Below are positions 1 to 7,487 of a stretch of 64,000 nt of DNA, piece by piece. Position 1 is the first letter of the stretch; each line of letters starts with the position of its first letter. This DNA comes from Opitutaceae bacterium (GTDB lineage Bacteria; Verrucomicrobiota; Verrucomicrobiia; Opitutales; Coraliomargaritaceae). A program made the translations under genes and the position numbers. The stretch spans positions 96,001-160,000 of the forward strand of contig JBPOFY010000006.1 in the NCBI GenBank assembly GCA_051252375.1, given 5' to 3'. The notes under the pieces were generated by a model. That model had not been told where the DNA came from. It did no database searches and saw only the letters and a list, made by a program, of their open reading frames with translations.

Positions 1-369
1 CAGTTCGGCGTCCAGCGCCCGAACTTCGATAATCCGCAACTGATGGAGCCGCGCGATGTGACGCGCTTCCTCTTCGGCTTCAAAGGAGTCGATGGTCAGC
101 TCTACAAGGTCGAATCCTTTGAGTTTCGGATCTCAGGCAGCCCGAAGGCTAATCTCATGAAGTTCCTCAACGCTTGGCTGGGTAAACCCGCCGAGTATGG
201 TTGGGACTACTGCGAGCTGAAGGGGCAGGGGGCTTTGATCACCGTCGCCCATAAACCGAGTGCTGATGGCACCAAGATCTTCGCGAACATCACAGGTATC
301 ACACCAGTTCCAGAAGAGCGCCGCGCCGAGATCGTCCCACTGGCTTCTTTCACCACCACACAAGCATAA
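1..369 (+). CDS. Phage-type replication/ssDNA-binding-like protein, 5'-truncated by window edge
   Basis: Frame is open from position 1. The pattern RFLFG...SPKANLMKFLNAWLGK...LKGQGALITVAH...FANITGITPVP resembles phage OB-fold replication proteins. Confidence 0.5.
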   Translation, partial: QFGVQRPNFDNPQLMEPRDVTRFLFGFKGVDGQLYKVESFEFRISGSPKANLMKFLNAWLGKPAEYGWDYCELKGQGALITVAHKPSADGTKIFANITGITPVPEERRAEIVPLASFTTTQA

Positions 370-386
370 CCCGCTACTGAATAACT

Positions 387-620
387 ATGACCACTGAAAC
401 AACTATACCCACGAAGCTTCTTGACGCCAATGGTCTGCTGGAGGCGCTTTTCGATAAACAATCACGCCCGTCACTGCGATGGCTACGCCAGATGCAGGCA
501 CAGCGAAAGATTCCATATATCAAGCTCGGCCATCTCGTCCGATTTGATGTCGAGAAAGTCCGCGCCGCACTTGAAGCGGATTGCACGATTCACAGCCGGG
601 CTCACCTCCGCCGCCGATAA
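387..620 (+). CDS. Excisionase/AlpA-like helix-turn-helix protein
   Basis: 77 aa, basic; PSLRWLR...KIPYIKLGHLVRFDVEKV is a MerR-type Xis HTH pattern. Confidence 0.75.
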   Translation: MTTETTIPTKLLDANGLLEALFDKQSRPSLRWLRQMQAQRKIPYIKLGHLVRFDVEKVRAALEADCTIHSRAHLRRR

Positions 621-643
621 TCCATTAATTTGCTATTCAATTT

Positions 644-1270
644 ATGACATCAACATACCAAAAACCAACTCCTCTTTTTGCTCAGCATAAAGAGGCCATT
701 AACCAACCGGAAATCAGCACTCGCGAGACTCCACTTACTCGCTGCAGTCTGGAGCCTCGAAGCTTCTATATTAAGACGCCCGGGCACACACGAGTAGTCG
801 AAATTTGCGAAATCATCGCGACGACTTCTAAATACCAGTTGTCGATCAACGGCCGCAAGTTCGAGCCCTTCGAGCGAACAGAGTTCCTACTCTATTCGGA
901 AGAAGGGATAGTCATCATCACGCTCGACCACGAACTCCTACTTCCCATTGCCAACTGGAAAATGTCGGTCGATCCCTGGTTGTTCACTGTTCGAGCCCAG
1001 TGCCGCGACGGTCCGATGTTCATGGATGACAAGTATTTGTTCTCCTTGCCGAGCTTCACTTCCCGCAAACCGTCCGCCGAGCACTTTCAACGACTCCTCG
1101 ATCCATCGATTGAGAGCCAGCTAAACGTCATTCAAATATTCACGAACGTTCTGCTTTCGCACTTCTGGAACGAGCCAGCCGATCCCGAATTCGAAGTCAC
1201 CTACGGCCACGACGGCCAGCCCTTCACCGCCAGTGGTGGCTCCAATTATCTCTGCGAGATCACTAGATAG
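644..1270 (+). CDS. Hypothetical protein
   Basis: 208-aa ORF co-oriented within the replication module; no recognised motif. Confidence 0.6.
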   Translation: MTSTYQKPTPLFAQHKEAINQPEISTRETPLTRCSLEPRSFYIKTPGHTRVVEICEIIATTSKYQLSINGRKFEPFERTEFLLYSEEGIVIITLDHELLLPIANWKMSVDPWLFTVRAQCRDGPMFMDDKYLFSLPSFTSRKPSAEHFQRLLDPSIESQLNVIQIFTNVLLSHFWNEPADPEFEVTYGHDGQPFTASGGSNYLCEITR

Positions 1271-1281
1271 CCGATAGCCCG

Positions 1282-1318
1282 TTTCAGCTCTCAGCTTTTC
1301 CGATTTCAGCTTTTCAAA
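1282..1318. repeat. Short TTTCAGC-type tandem repeat
   Basis: tttcagc-tctcagc-ttttccga-tttcagc-ttttcaaa. The 17 bp at 1302-1318 equal the reverse complement of 11638-11654. Confidence 0.7.
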
Positions 1319-1320
1319 CT

Positions 1321-2547
1321 ATGGCCCAACTCGACCCATTGCCTCCTGCGCTATCGGAAACGCTTAGTCGTTTCCCAGCCCAAGGGGAGCGCAACATCTG
1401 GCTTTTCGAAGTCGCAGCTCGCGCTAGACATATCGCGTCTCCCGAACGCGTGCAGAATGTCCTTGAGAATGTCGTCGCACATCAAGGCTGGACGGATCGA
1501 GACTTCGGCCCGGAGATTCGGCGCGCCGTCAGACGAGCTTACGCAGATCAGCAGGATGTGTCACACGAACCTCTTAGCCGAGCTGCTCCATGGCCAGTGC
1601 TCGACGAAGACTATCGGGCTTCTCTTTTAGGTAAGACCCTACGTTTCGACCCGAGGTTTGCGATCGATCTCCCGACCGAAACGGTTATCGATTCTCTGTA
1701 TGCAAGCGACGATTTGCTTTGTTTTGCTGAGCTGAATTGTAATGCCCGCACTGAGCCACGCGAGAAGTGGCGGGGGCGTGAGCAAAAGTATCAGTTCATC
1801 GTGGCGAATCCGATGACGGCTCTCAATGGTCTGACTCAAGAGGGGAAGCGGTCTTATCGCTGTCATGGCAATGCAACACAGTCCCGTATCTATCAGGTGG
1901 TTGAATTCGACCAAGGTCCTCTCGAAGAACAGGCAGCTATTCTCTCGTCTCTGGATTCGGTTTGGGCACCGCTGATTCTAGTTGTTTGGTCCGGCTCTAA
2001 ATCGCTTCACGGTTGGTTTGATGTCCGCTTACTGGACGAAGCACAGAAACGTGAATTCTTCGCCCAAGCCTGCCGCGGCGGAGCAGATCGCACGCTTTGG
2101 GACCAATCCAAGCTCGTCCGTATGCCTGGAGGCACTCGCACCAATAACAGGCAACGCCAATCGATCCTCTTCTTTGATCCAAGGCACATTATTCACATTC
2201 CTTCACTGCCTACGCAGGAAGTAACCTTACTAGTTTCTAATGATTTTAACACCTACTATGGCCAGCGATTCGCCGCCGATTCATTCCCCCCGCGACCTTT
2301 GGGAGCAGACTCCAGAACCCGATCCAAAATACATACCCAAGATCGAACCTTACGCCGCATTCAGGTCCGACTTACCGGAAGATTCGGGTGCGCCGCTGAC
2401 AGTCAGCTCGGCTCCAACCCCCTTTACCGTGCTCAGCTGCGCCGAGCTTCTCGGAAGGCAGTTACCCGCGAAGGTCAGCATCCTCGGGGATGGCGTCATT
2501 GTCCTCGGACAACTCACCAGTATCTTAGGGCAGGGGGGCACCGGTAA
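1321..2547 (+). CDS. AEP-superfamily (RepB-like) DNA primase with N-terminal PriCT-like segment; last ~100 aa probably non-functional read-through
   Basis: AEP motifs VVEFD, VVWSGSKSLHGWF and D..LWD..KLVRMPG; N-terminal GERNIWLF. Confidence 0.75.
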   Translation: MAQLDPLPPALSETLSRFPAQGERNIWLFEVAARARHIASPERVQNVLENVVAHQGWTDRDFGPEIRRAVRRAYADQQDVSHEPLSRAAPWPVLDEDYRASLLGKTLRFDPRFAIDLPTETVIDSLYASDDLLCFAELNCNARTEPREKWRGREQKYQFIVANPMTALNGLTQEGKRSYRCHGNATQSRIYQVVEFDQGPLEEQAAILSSLDSVWAPLILVVWSGSKSLHGWFDVRLLDEAQKREFFAQACRGGADRTLWDQSKLVRMPGGTRTNNRQRQSILFFDPRHIIHIPSLPTQEVTLLVSNDFNTYYGQRFAADSFPPRPLGADSRTRSKIHTQDRTLRRIQVRLTGRFGCAADSQLGSNPLYRAQLRRASRKAVTREGQHPRGWRHCPRTTHQYLRAGGHR

Positions 2548-3511
2548 ATCTAGATTCACCATGCAACTCGCCATTTCCCAGATCCTCGGCCAGCCCTTCG
2601 CGGGCATTCGCACACACCCGAAACCGCTCAAGCATTTGCTTATCGGCACGGAAAATAGCATCCACCGGCAGCAAGCGGAGCTTAGTAAGATGACAGCTGG
2701 GTTTGATGATGTTCAGCGCGAGCTTCTTGGTCACTGCCTGTTCTTTCATGTTGTCGAAAGTATCGACGACGCCTTCATCAATATTGGCTCACCCGAGATC
2801 GCAGAGAAGTGGAAGCGCACTCTAGAAGTTGTCCTGCCCGACGTCATCTACGTCGACCCCTTTGGCGAGGTTGTCGTCGGCGATGTCAACAAAGACGCTG
2901 ATGTCCGCCATACTCTTCGCGAGCTCACTCGGATCTGTCGCCGCCACAATCACGACACGGCGATCGTCGTAGTCCATCACGCACGGACAGGGAGGGGGAA
3001 CATCGCTCAAGCGGTCGGTTACGATAAGGGCAACTATGGTATCGGTTCCAAGGCGCTCTATTCGGGCGTGCGCTCCCAGATCAATCTCGCCCCCGCCGAT
3101 GCTGAAGACACCAGTCGAATCGTGATGTCATGTGGTAAATCTAACGACACCAAACCCTTCAAGCCTCGTGGGCTCCAATTGGACGAGACTACCATGACCT
3201 ACGAAGTCGACCCCACGTTCGATCTCGACTCGTGGCTCAAAGACGTCGAGGGCAAGCAACGTGGTCAGGCGGCGAGCGTAGGCGATGTGGTTCGTGTCGT
3301 TAACTCCGGCAAAACCCGCTATATCGACATTACTAAAGCCGTTGTCGAGGAGACGGCCTGTTCGCCAGTTACCGCCAAGCGTCGGATTAAAGAGGCTGTT
3401 GATGGGGGCTATCTTCGAAAGCGCACCAACGGCGACTATGTGCCAGCCAAGCCTATTCCTGCCACCACGGCAACACAACCAGACCTCAATTTGGATAACT
3501 CTCCATTTTAG
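2240..3511 (+). CDS. RSF1010 RepA-like (AAA_25/SF4) replicative helicase with C-terminal wHTH
   Basis: Walker A GQGGTGKS, Walker B IYVDP, VVVHH motif, G.GS.AL motif; follows the primase gene. Confidence 0.8.
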   Translation: MILTPTMASDSPPIHSPRDLWEQTPEPDPKYIPKIEPYAAFRSDLPEDSGAPLTVSSAPTPFTVLSCAELLGRQLPAKVSILGDGVIVLGQLTSILGQGGTGKSRFTMQLAISQILGQPFAGIRTHPKPLKHLLIGTENSIHRQQAELSKMTAGFDDVQRELLGHCLFFHVVESIDDAFINIGSPEIAEKWKRTLEVVLPDVIYVDPFGEVVVGDVNKDADVRHTLRELTRICRRHNHDTAIVVVHHARTGRGNIAQAVGYDKGNYGIGSKALYSGVRSQINLAPADAEDTSRIVMSCGKSNDTKPFKPRGLQLDETTMTYEVDPTFDLDSWLKDVEGKQRGQAASVGDVVRVVNSGKTRYIDITKAVVEETACSPVTAKRRIKEAVDGGYLRKRTNGDYVPAKPIPATTATQPDLNLDNSPF

Positions 3512-3588
3512 TCTCACCCTGATACCACTATGATACCACCTGATACCAGTCTCAAGTCTCAACCCCCTTTAGGGGGTGAGACTGAGAC
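3511..3588. repeat. Putative replication origin: 3 x TGATACCA iterons plus GTCTCA-based palindrome
   Basis: TGATACCA at 3520, 3531 and 3541. Inverted repeat gtctca(a)gtctca(a)ccccct-tt-agggggtgagactgagac at 3549-3588. Confidence 0.6.
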
Positions 3589-4057
3589 CTATGAAAAGAT
3601 TCCGCTTACTCCAGACGCCGAGACTGTATTGCTGGATGAATTGGCTGAGAGATGGGAGATCCTGGGTGTTGAAGATTTGGGCCATCCTGCGATGATCTGC
3701 GAGCTCTGTAGGCGGCGGAAAATTCGCTACGTCTATCATGTAAAGGACTACTCAACGGGCGAACTAAAGCAAGTGGGTCGAGTATGTGCAGGCCATCTGA
3801 CTGATACAAATCATCTGGCTGAGTTTAAGGCTAAAAGGGAGGTCTGGCGTAAAGAGAAGTCCGCGTTTATTAATAAGGGTTGGAAAAAGACGAAGGCAGG
3901 TAATGACTGGAAGCCTTGGGCCTCCTGCCGGATAGCAGTAAGCACAAATGGTCATGGCAGCATTGTGTGGTTAGATGGTAAACGCTGGGGTGAGCGGTTC
4001 CAAAATTGCCATCTGGCCAAAGAAGCTGTCTTCAATTTCTTGCACAGAGCAAAATGA
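3530..4057 (+). CDS. Hypothetical protein with putative Zn-binding motif (true start may be downstream)
   Basis: CELC...IRYVYH...VGRVCA motif; basic C-terminal half with WKKTKAGN. Confidence 0.55.
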   Translation: MIPPDTSLKSQPPLGGETETYEKIPLTPDAETVLLDELAERWEILGVEDLGHPAMICELCRRRKIRYVYHVKDYSTGELKQVGRVCAGHLTDTNHLAEFKAKREVWRKEKSAFINKGWKKTKAGNDWKPWASCRIAVSTNGHGSIVWLDGKRWGERFQNCHLAKEAVFNFLHRAK

Positions 4058-5242
4058 TGCACCCTAAATCCGGTTTACCCCGCTTCTGTAGTCGGATTCA
4101 TCAGCGTTTAACACCAAACTATAATTTTTCCGGCGCGACCGTAAGATCGGTCGGAGTGTGAGCACTTTTTTACTACCTGTGGCATATTCGCAGACCCGAT
4201 TGCTTTTCACGGCACTTCAGGGAACGCATGATTGTGAAGTCTGTTTTTTTGAACATTTTGCGTGTGCGCCTAGGGTCCAGCGCTACTTTTTCACCATGCG
4301 AACTCGGAAGAACTTAGCGCCGCCACTTGCATCGTAGTCCCTCAGGATTACGCGGTCCAAAGTGTATTATACAAGTTCTCTTTGCCGTTCCTTGCCACTA
4401 GGTTTCAAAAAGTAAAATAGTGTGTGGCTGATGGGTCCCTCTACTGTGTTTTGCCTTCAAAGTTCCCCATGCCCCCCCCCCAGTCGCTCATTCTTCGCAT
4501 AGGTTGCGACTTGTTTCCGATCCGTTTGAACAGCTTCGCCTGCGGCTCACCTGCTCACAATATCTACGAGCTAAAGAAGGGCTCTACGCTATTGCCACAG
4601 AGCAGAACAACTCGGCGTGTTTAGAGTCGGACTGGGACTCTCTACGCCGTGCACGCTTGCGGTCTCCTTCGTCGATCCTCACCGAGCACTCAGGGCTCGC
4701 ATAGTTCGAACTGATCCATCCCGCCGCTCCTTCCGCGGATCTGCTTCTAGTCGCCTAGGCTCCCGTCAGCAGCACCGCTCCAGTCACTCCCGTCTCGCGG
4801 GCCATCCGCAGACACTGTCGTCTCCGGTTCCCCCTTAGTCGCCATTCCGCTCCCGTCCTCCACGGTCTCGTCCACTACGGCGCACCGCCTCGGGCTCCGC
4901 TCGCTCCGCGCGGCTCCTGCGCCCATTCGTGTGTCACGAGATCTGCTAGGGCACATCCCGAGCCACCCGAATCAACGCCTCTGCATTCCGCGCTACGCTC
5001 GCTTCGCTGATCCGAGCCAGAGCGCCTCCGTTCCCGTGCCCGCTACGGACGTCCGCTCCATCGCGCCACGGGCTCACCTCCGCGCCAGCGACTGCTCATC
5101 CAGGTTCCAATCGGTGCCGTCCACAGCCGCCGAGTCGCCCCAAAAGCCCTCCAGTCGTGCCTCCTTGCGTGCTTCCCGGGCTCCTTCGGCTCAAAGCTAC
5201 CTCGCTACGCTCGCAATAGTCCCAAGCCTAGCGCTCCGCAGC

Positions 5243-5401
5243 GACAGGGCAGGGGACATCGACTCGGGTCCCGAAACTCTGCGCACAAAATCGCATTATG
5301 CCGAATTGAGCTGCGAGCACTCGCTCACCGGCTTCGCCTAATGTCGACATAACGGATTTTGTGTCGCTCCGTTTCCCCGAGTCTCTGTCCCGCGCCCTGT
5401 C
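5243..5401. other. 159-nt fold-back hairpin containing two inverted Xer/dif-like sites
   Basis: Six paired segments (GACAGGGC/GCCCTGTC, GGGACA/TGTCCC, GACTCGGG/CCCGAGTC, GAAAC/GTTTC, CACAAAATC/GATTTTGTG, TTATG/CATAA); 11-N6/7-11 sites at 5278-5306 and 5342-5369. Confidence 0.65.
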
Positions 5402-5419
5402 ACAGCTCCGCGCCCCGTT

Positions 5420-5440
5420 GCGGCGGCCTAACCCCGCCGC
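5420..5440. terminator. GC hairpin just downstream of the 5446-5979 gene
   Basis: GCGGCGG-cctaacc-CCGCCGC; no clear U-tract. Confidence 0.35.
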
Positions 5441-5445
5441 TTCGC

Positions 5446-5979
5446 TTACTCAGGTGCCTGAACTATCCTTGCGCGAAAGAAAGTCGGCGATGTAGATCCG
5501 CTCACTGTTTGTGAGGTGAAAGGATTCCAATTCGTGAGGTCATTACTGCTTTCAAGTATGACATCAAAGTTTCCAGTCGAGCCCTCTGGCATCACCAAAA
5601 ATGTATTTGGACTAACAGGGTTTATCTCAGCAGCTGGTGTTACTTTCAATGTAACTGCCACGTTTTGCGTGGTTGTGAGTTCTATGCCAGTCACTTCTGT
5701 AAATTTACTACCAAGGATACTGTTAAAGGGGGCTGCAAATCGATTTGTGCCAGGATCCAGTGCGCCCAGTAAAGGCATAGTGAAGGTGTCCCCATTTGCT
5801 AACGTGAACTCAAGTGAACCAAGAGAATTTGTGCTTGTGCCACTGTATCCGACAATCTCCACAATCGAGTTGGAAGCAAGGTTCCTAGTCTTATCATTCT
5901 TACTGAGGGTAAAATACTCCACAGCTTGGGCATGGTTGATTGCGAAAAGTGACAGGATGACAATTATCAGATGTTTCAT
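5446..5979 (-). CDS. Secreted protein with Verrucomicrobia-type C-terminal SxDLxxW...FFR motif
   Basis: Signal peptide MKHLIIVILSLFAINHAQA; C-terminus ILESSNDLTNW...FFRARI; more AT-rich than its left flank. Confidence 0.75.
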   Translation of the reverse strand: MKHLIIVILSLFAINHAQAVEYFTLSKNDKTRNLASNSIVEIVGYSGTSTNSLGSLEFTLANGDTFTMPLLGALDPGTNRFAAPFNSILGSKFTEVTGIELTTTQNVAVTLKVTPAAEINPVSPNTFLVMPEGSTGNFDVILESSNDLTNWNPFTSQTVSGSTSPTFFRARIVQAPE

Positions 5980-6381
5980 GGGTGCTATTTATATGAATTA
6001 TGCCTAACGGGCGATAAAAAAAAAGGAATGCGGTGCTCGTTGTTGCCTTACTTTGCCAGTTTATTTTGCGGCAGACTAGTCACTCATGTGTAGTCTCCCT
6101 ATTAGCCCGCCTACCTCACTAATGAATAGACGTGATTTTTGGAAAAAGTGCCTTCGACATCACAACCTCGCCGCGTTGATTCGACCCCATTGCACCCCCG
6201 CCGCGCCTCGCGGCATCTATTCTTTCATCGCCCCTTTTTTCGGTCTTGCGGTTTTCGCCATTCGCGCGAGTCGCTTACTGTATAACCGACGCATAAGCAC
6301 CACATTCTTGCTTTCCTACATTTCTATGCGTCAGCCATTAAGACTCTCTCTGGTATAGATACATTATAACATTCAGAGTAT

Positions 6382-6579
6382 TTGTCCCTCAGCGACGGCG
6401 ACACGCCTACACTGTATGATTCCTGCTTCATGTCGACCTTCCGCACGCGTCGCGGAGGCGTGGACGTCGTCCGCACCTACCGCGAAGAATCCAGCCGCTC
6501 CGACGTCCTCGCCGTCGACTGGACCGAAGACATCAAGCTCACCAGCGCCATCAGCACCAAAAGGATCTCCGTCACCTAA
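6382..6579 (+). pseudogene. 3' remnant of a probable phage major capsid gene
   Basis: Strongly C-ending codons starting abruptly after an AT-rich junction. PTLYD..FM.TF...VRTYREE..RSDVLAVDWTEDIK...KRISVT resembles capsid C-termini as I recall them (unverified). Confidence 0.5.
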
Positions 6580-6811
6580 CCCCCGGGATCGCAACTCTCC
6601 TGGGTTGCCCCATCTGGAGGGACGACCTTCGTGTTGTCCGCTGATATCAACCGCTCAACAAATCCCTGAAGTCCACAATTCATGTTGTGGGCTTCTTTTA
6701 TTGGCTCTCATGAACCCGATAACGATAGTGAACGATGTGTCGAGTGGGTCATAATAAAGTTGATACTCTCTTTGTTGGTGGTCATAAAATTCTTTTCAAA
6801 ACTTTAATTAT

Positions 6812-7360
6812 ATGGGTTCACAAGATGAGTTTTTAGCAGTGGTTGATTTTAAGCGCGACCTCGGGATCTATGCGAAGGATTGGCCAGAAATTGCAGCTGA
6901 CTTAAATGAAACATGTGATATCAAACCGCCACTCTCTGCCGATGGCTTTGCCTCGTTTGAATTTTTCTTAGCGATTCTTTTCGTTCAATCAAGGGCTCCA
7001 TACAATATATATGGCGATGAAGTTGGAGAAAGAATTTGGACTTATTTGAAAAATACATTCTCCGTTGAGCCTGATTACGGTAGTTATGCAAATGAGGCTT
7101 TAGATCATTATACTAAGGTATGGGGAGAATATCTAGGCAGGAAATGCAATCCGTTTGGCGGTGTAGCGTCGGTCTTGCTTCATAGATTAGGAAGAAGTGA
7201 AGAAGAAATTGAAAGTATTGTTTTAGGAACAGTCGTTATGGACGTGCTGGCACTGTCGCCTCAGTGGTGGAAGGACTTTTCAGGGGAAAATGAACTTACA
7301 AAATCTGATATGCCGTTAAATTCAGAAGAGTTTAAGCGTTTTGTTGATGAAAACATTTAA
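6812..7360 (+). CDS. Hypothetical cargo protein (AT-rich, acidic)
   Basis: 182-aa ORF with AT-rich upstream region; no recognised motif. Confidence 0.7.
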   Translation: MGSQDEFLAVVDFKRDLGIYAKDWPEIAADLNETCDIKPPLSADGFASFEFFLAILFVQSRAPYNIYGDEVGERIWTYLKNTFSVEPDYGSYANEALDHYTKVWGEYLGRKCNPFGGVASVLLHRLGRSEEEIESIVLGTVVMDVLALSPQWWKDFSGENELTKSDMPLNSEEFKRFVDENI

Positions 7361-7487
7361 TAGCGGAAAGCAGATTCTAAGTCTTCTGACACCGAGCATC
7401 AGCTACTAGCCATCTTTAGTCAAAATCAGTGACTCCCCGTTAAGCTCCCTGCGTGTCAGGGGCTTTTTCATGCTCTGTAGTTGAGGC

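Noticed and set aside
4424..5341. Short ORFs 4424-4624, 4504-4704, 4617-4838, 4747-4956 and 4931-5341
   Set aside because: Low-complexity Ser/Arg/Ala/Pro products, non-ATG starts and mutual overlaps; best explained as shadows of GC-rich hairpin DNA.
5243..5440. Integron attC site or retron msr-msd
   Set aside because: The hairpin lacks the RYYYAAC...GTTRRRY end arrangement of attC, and there is no IntI or reverse transcriptase in the window.
5516..6007. 163-aa + strand ORF
   Set aside because: Antisense shadow of the signal-peptide-bearing gene 5446-5979.
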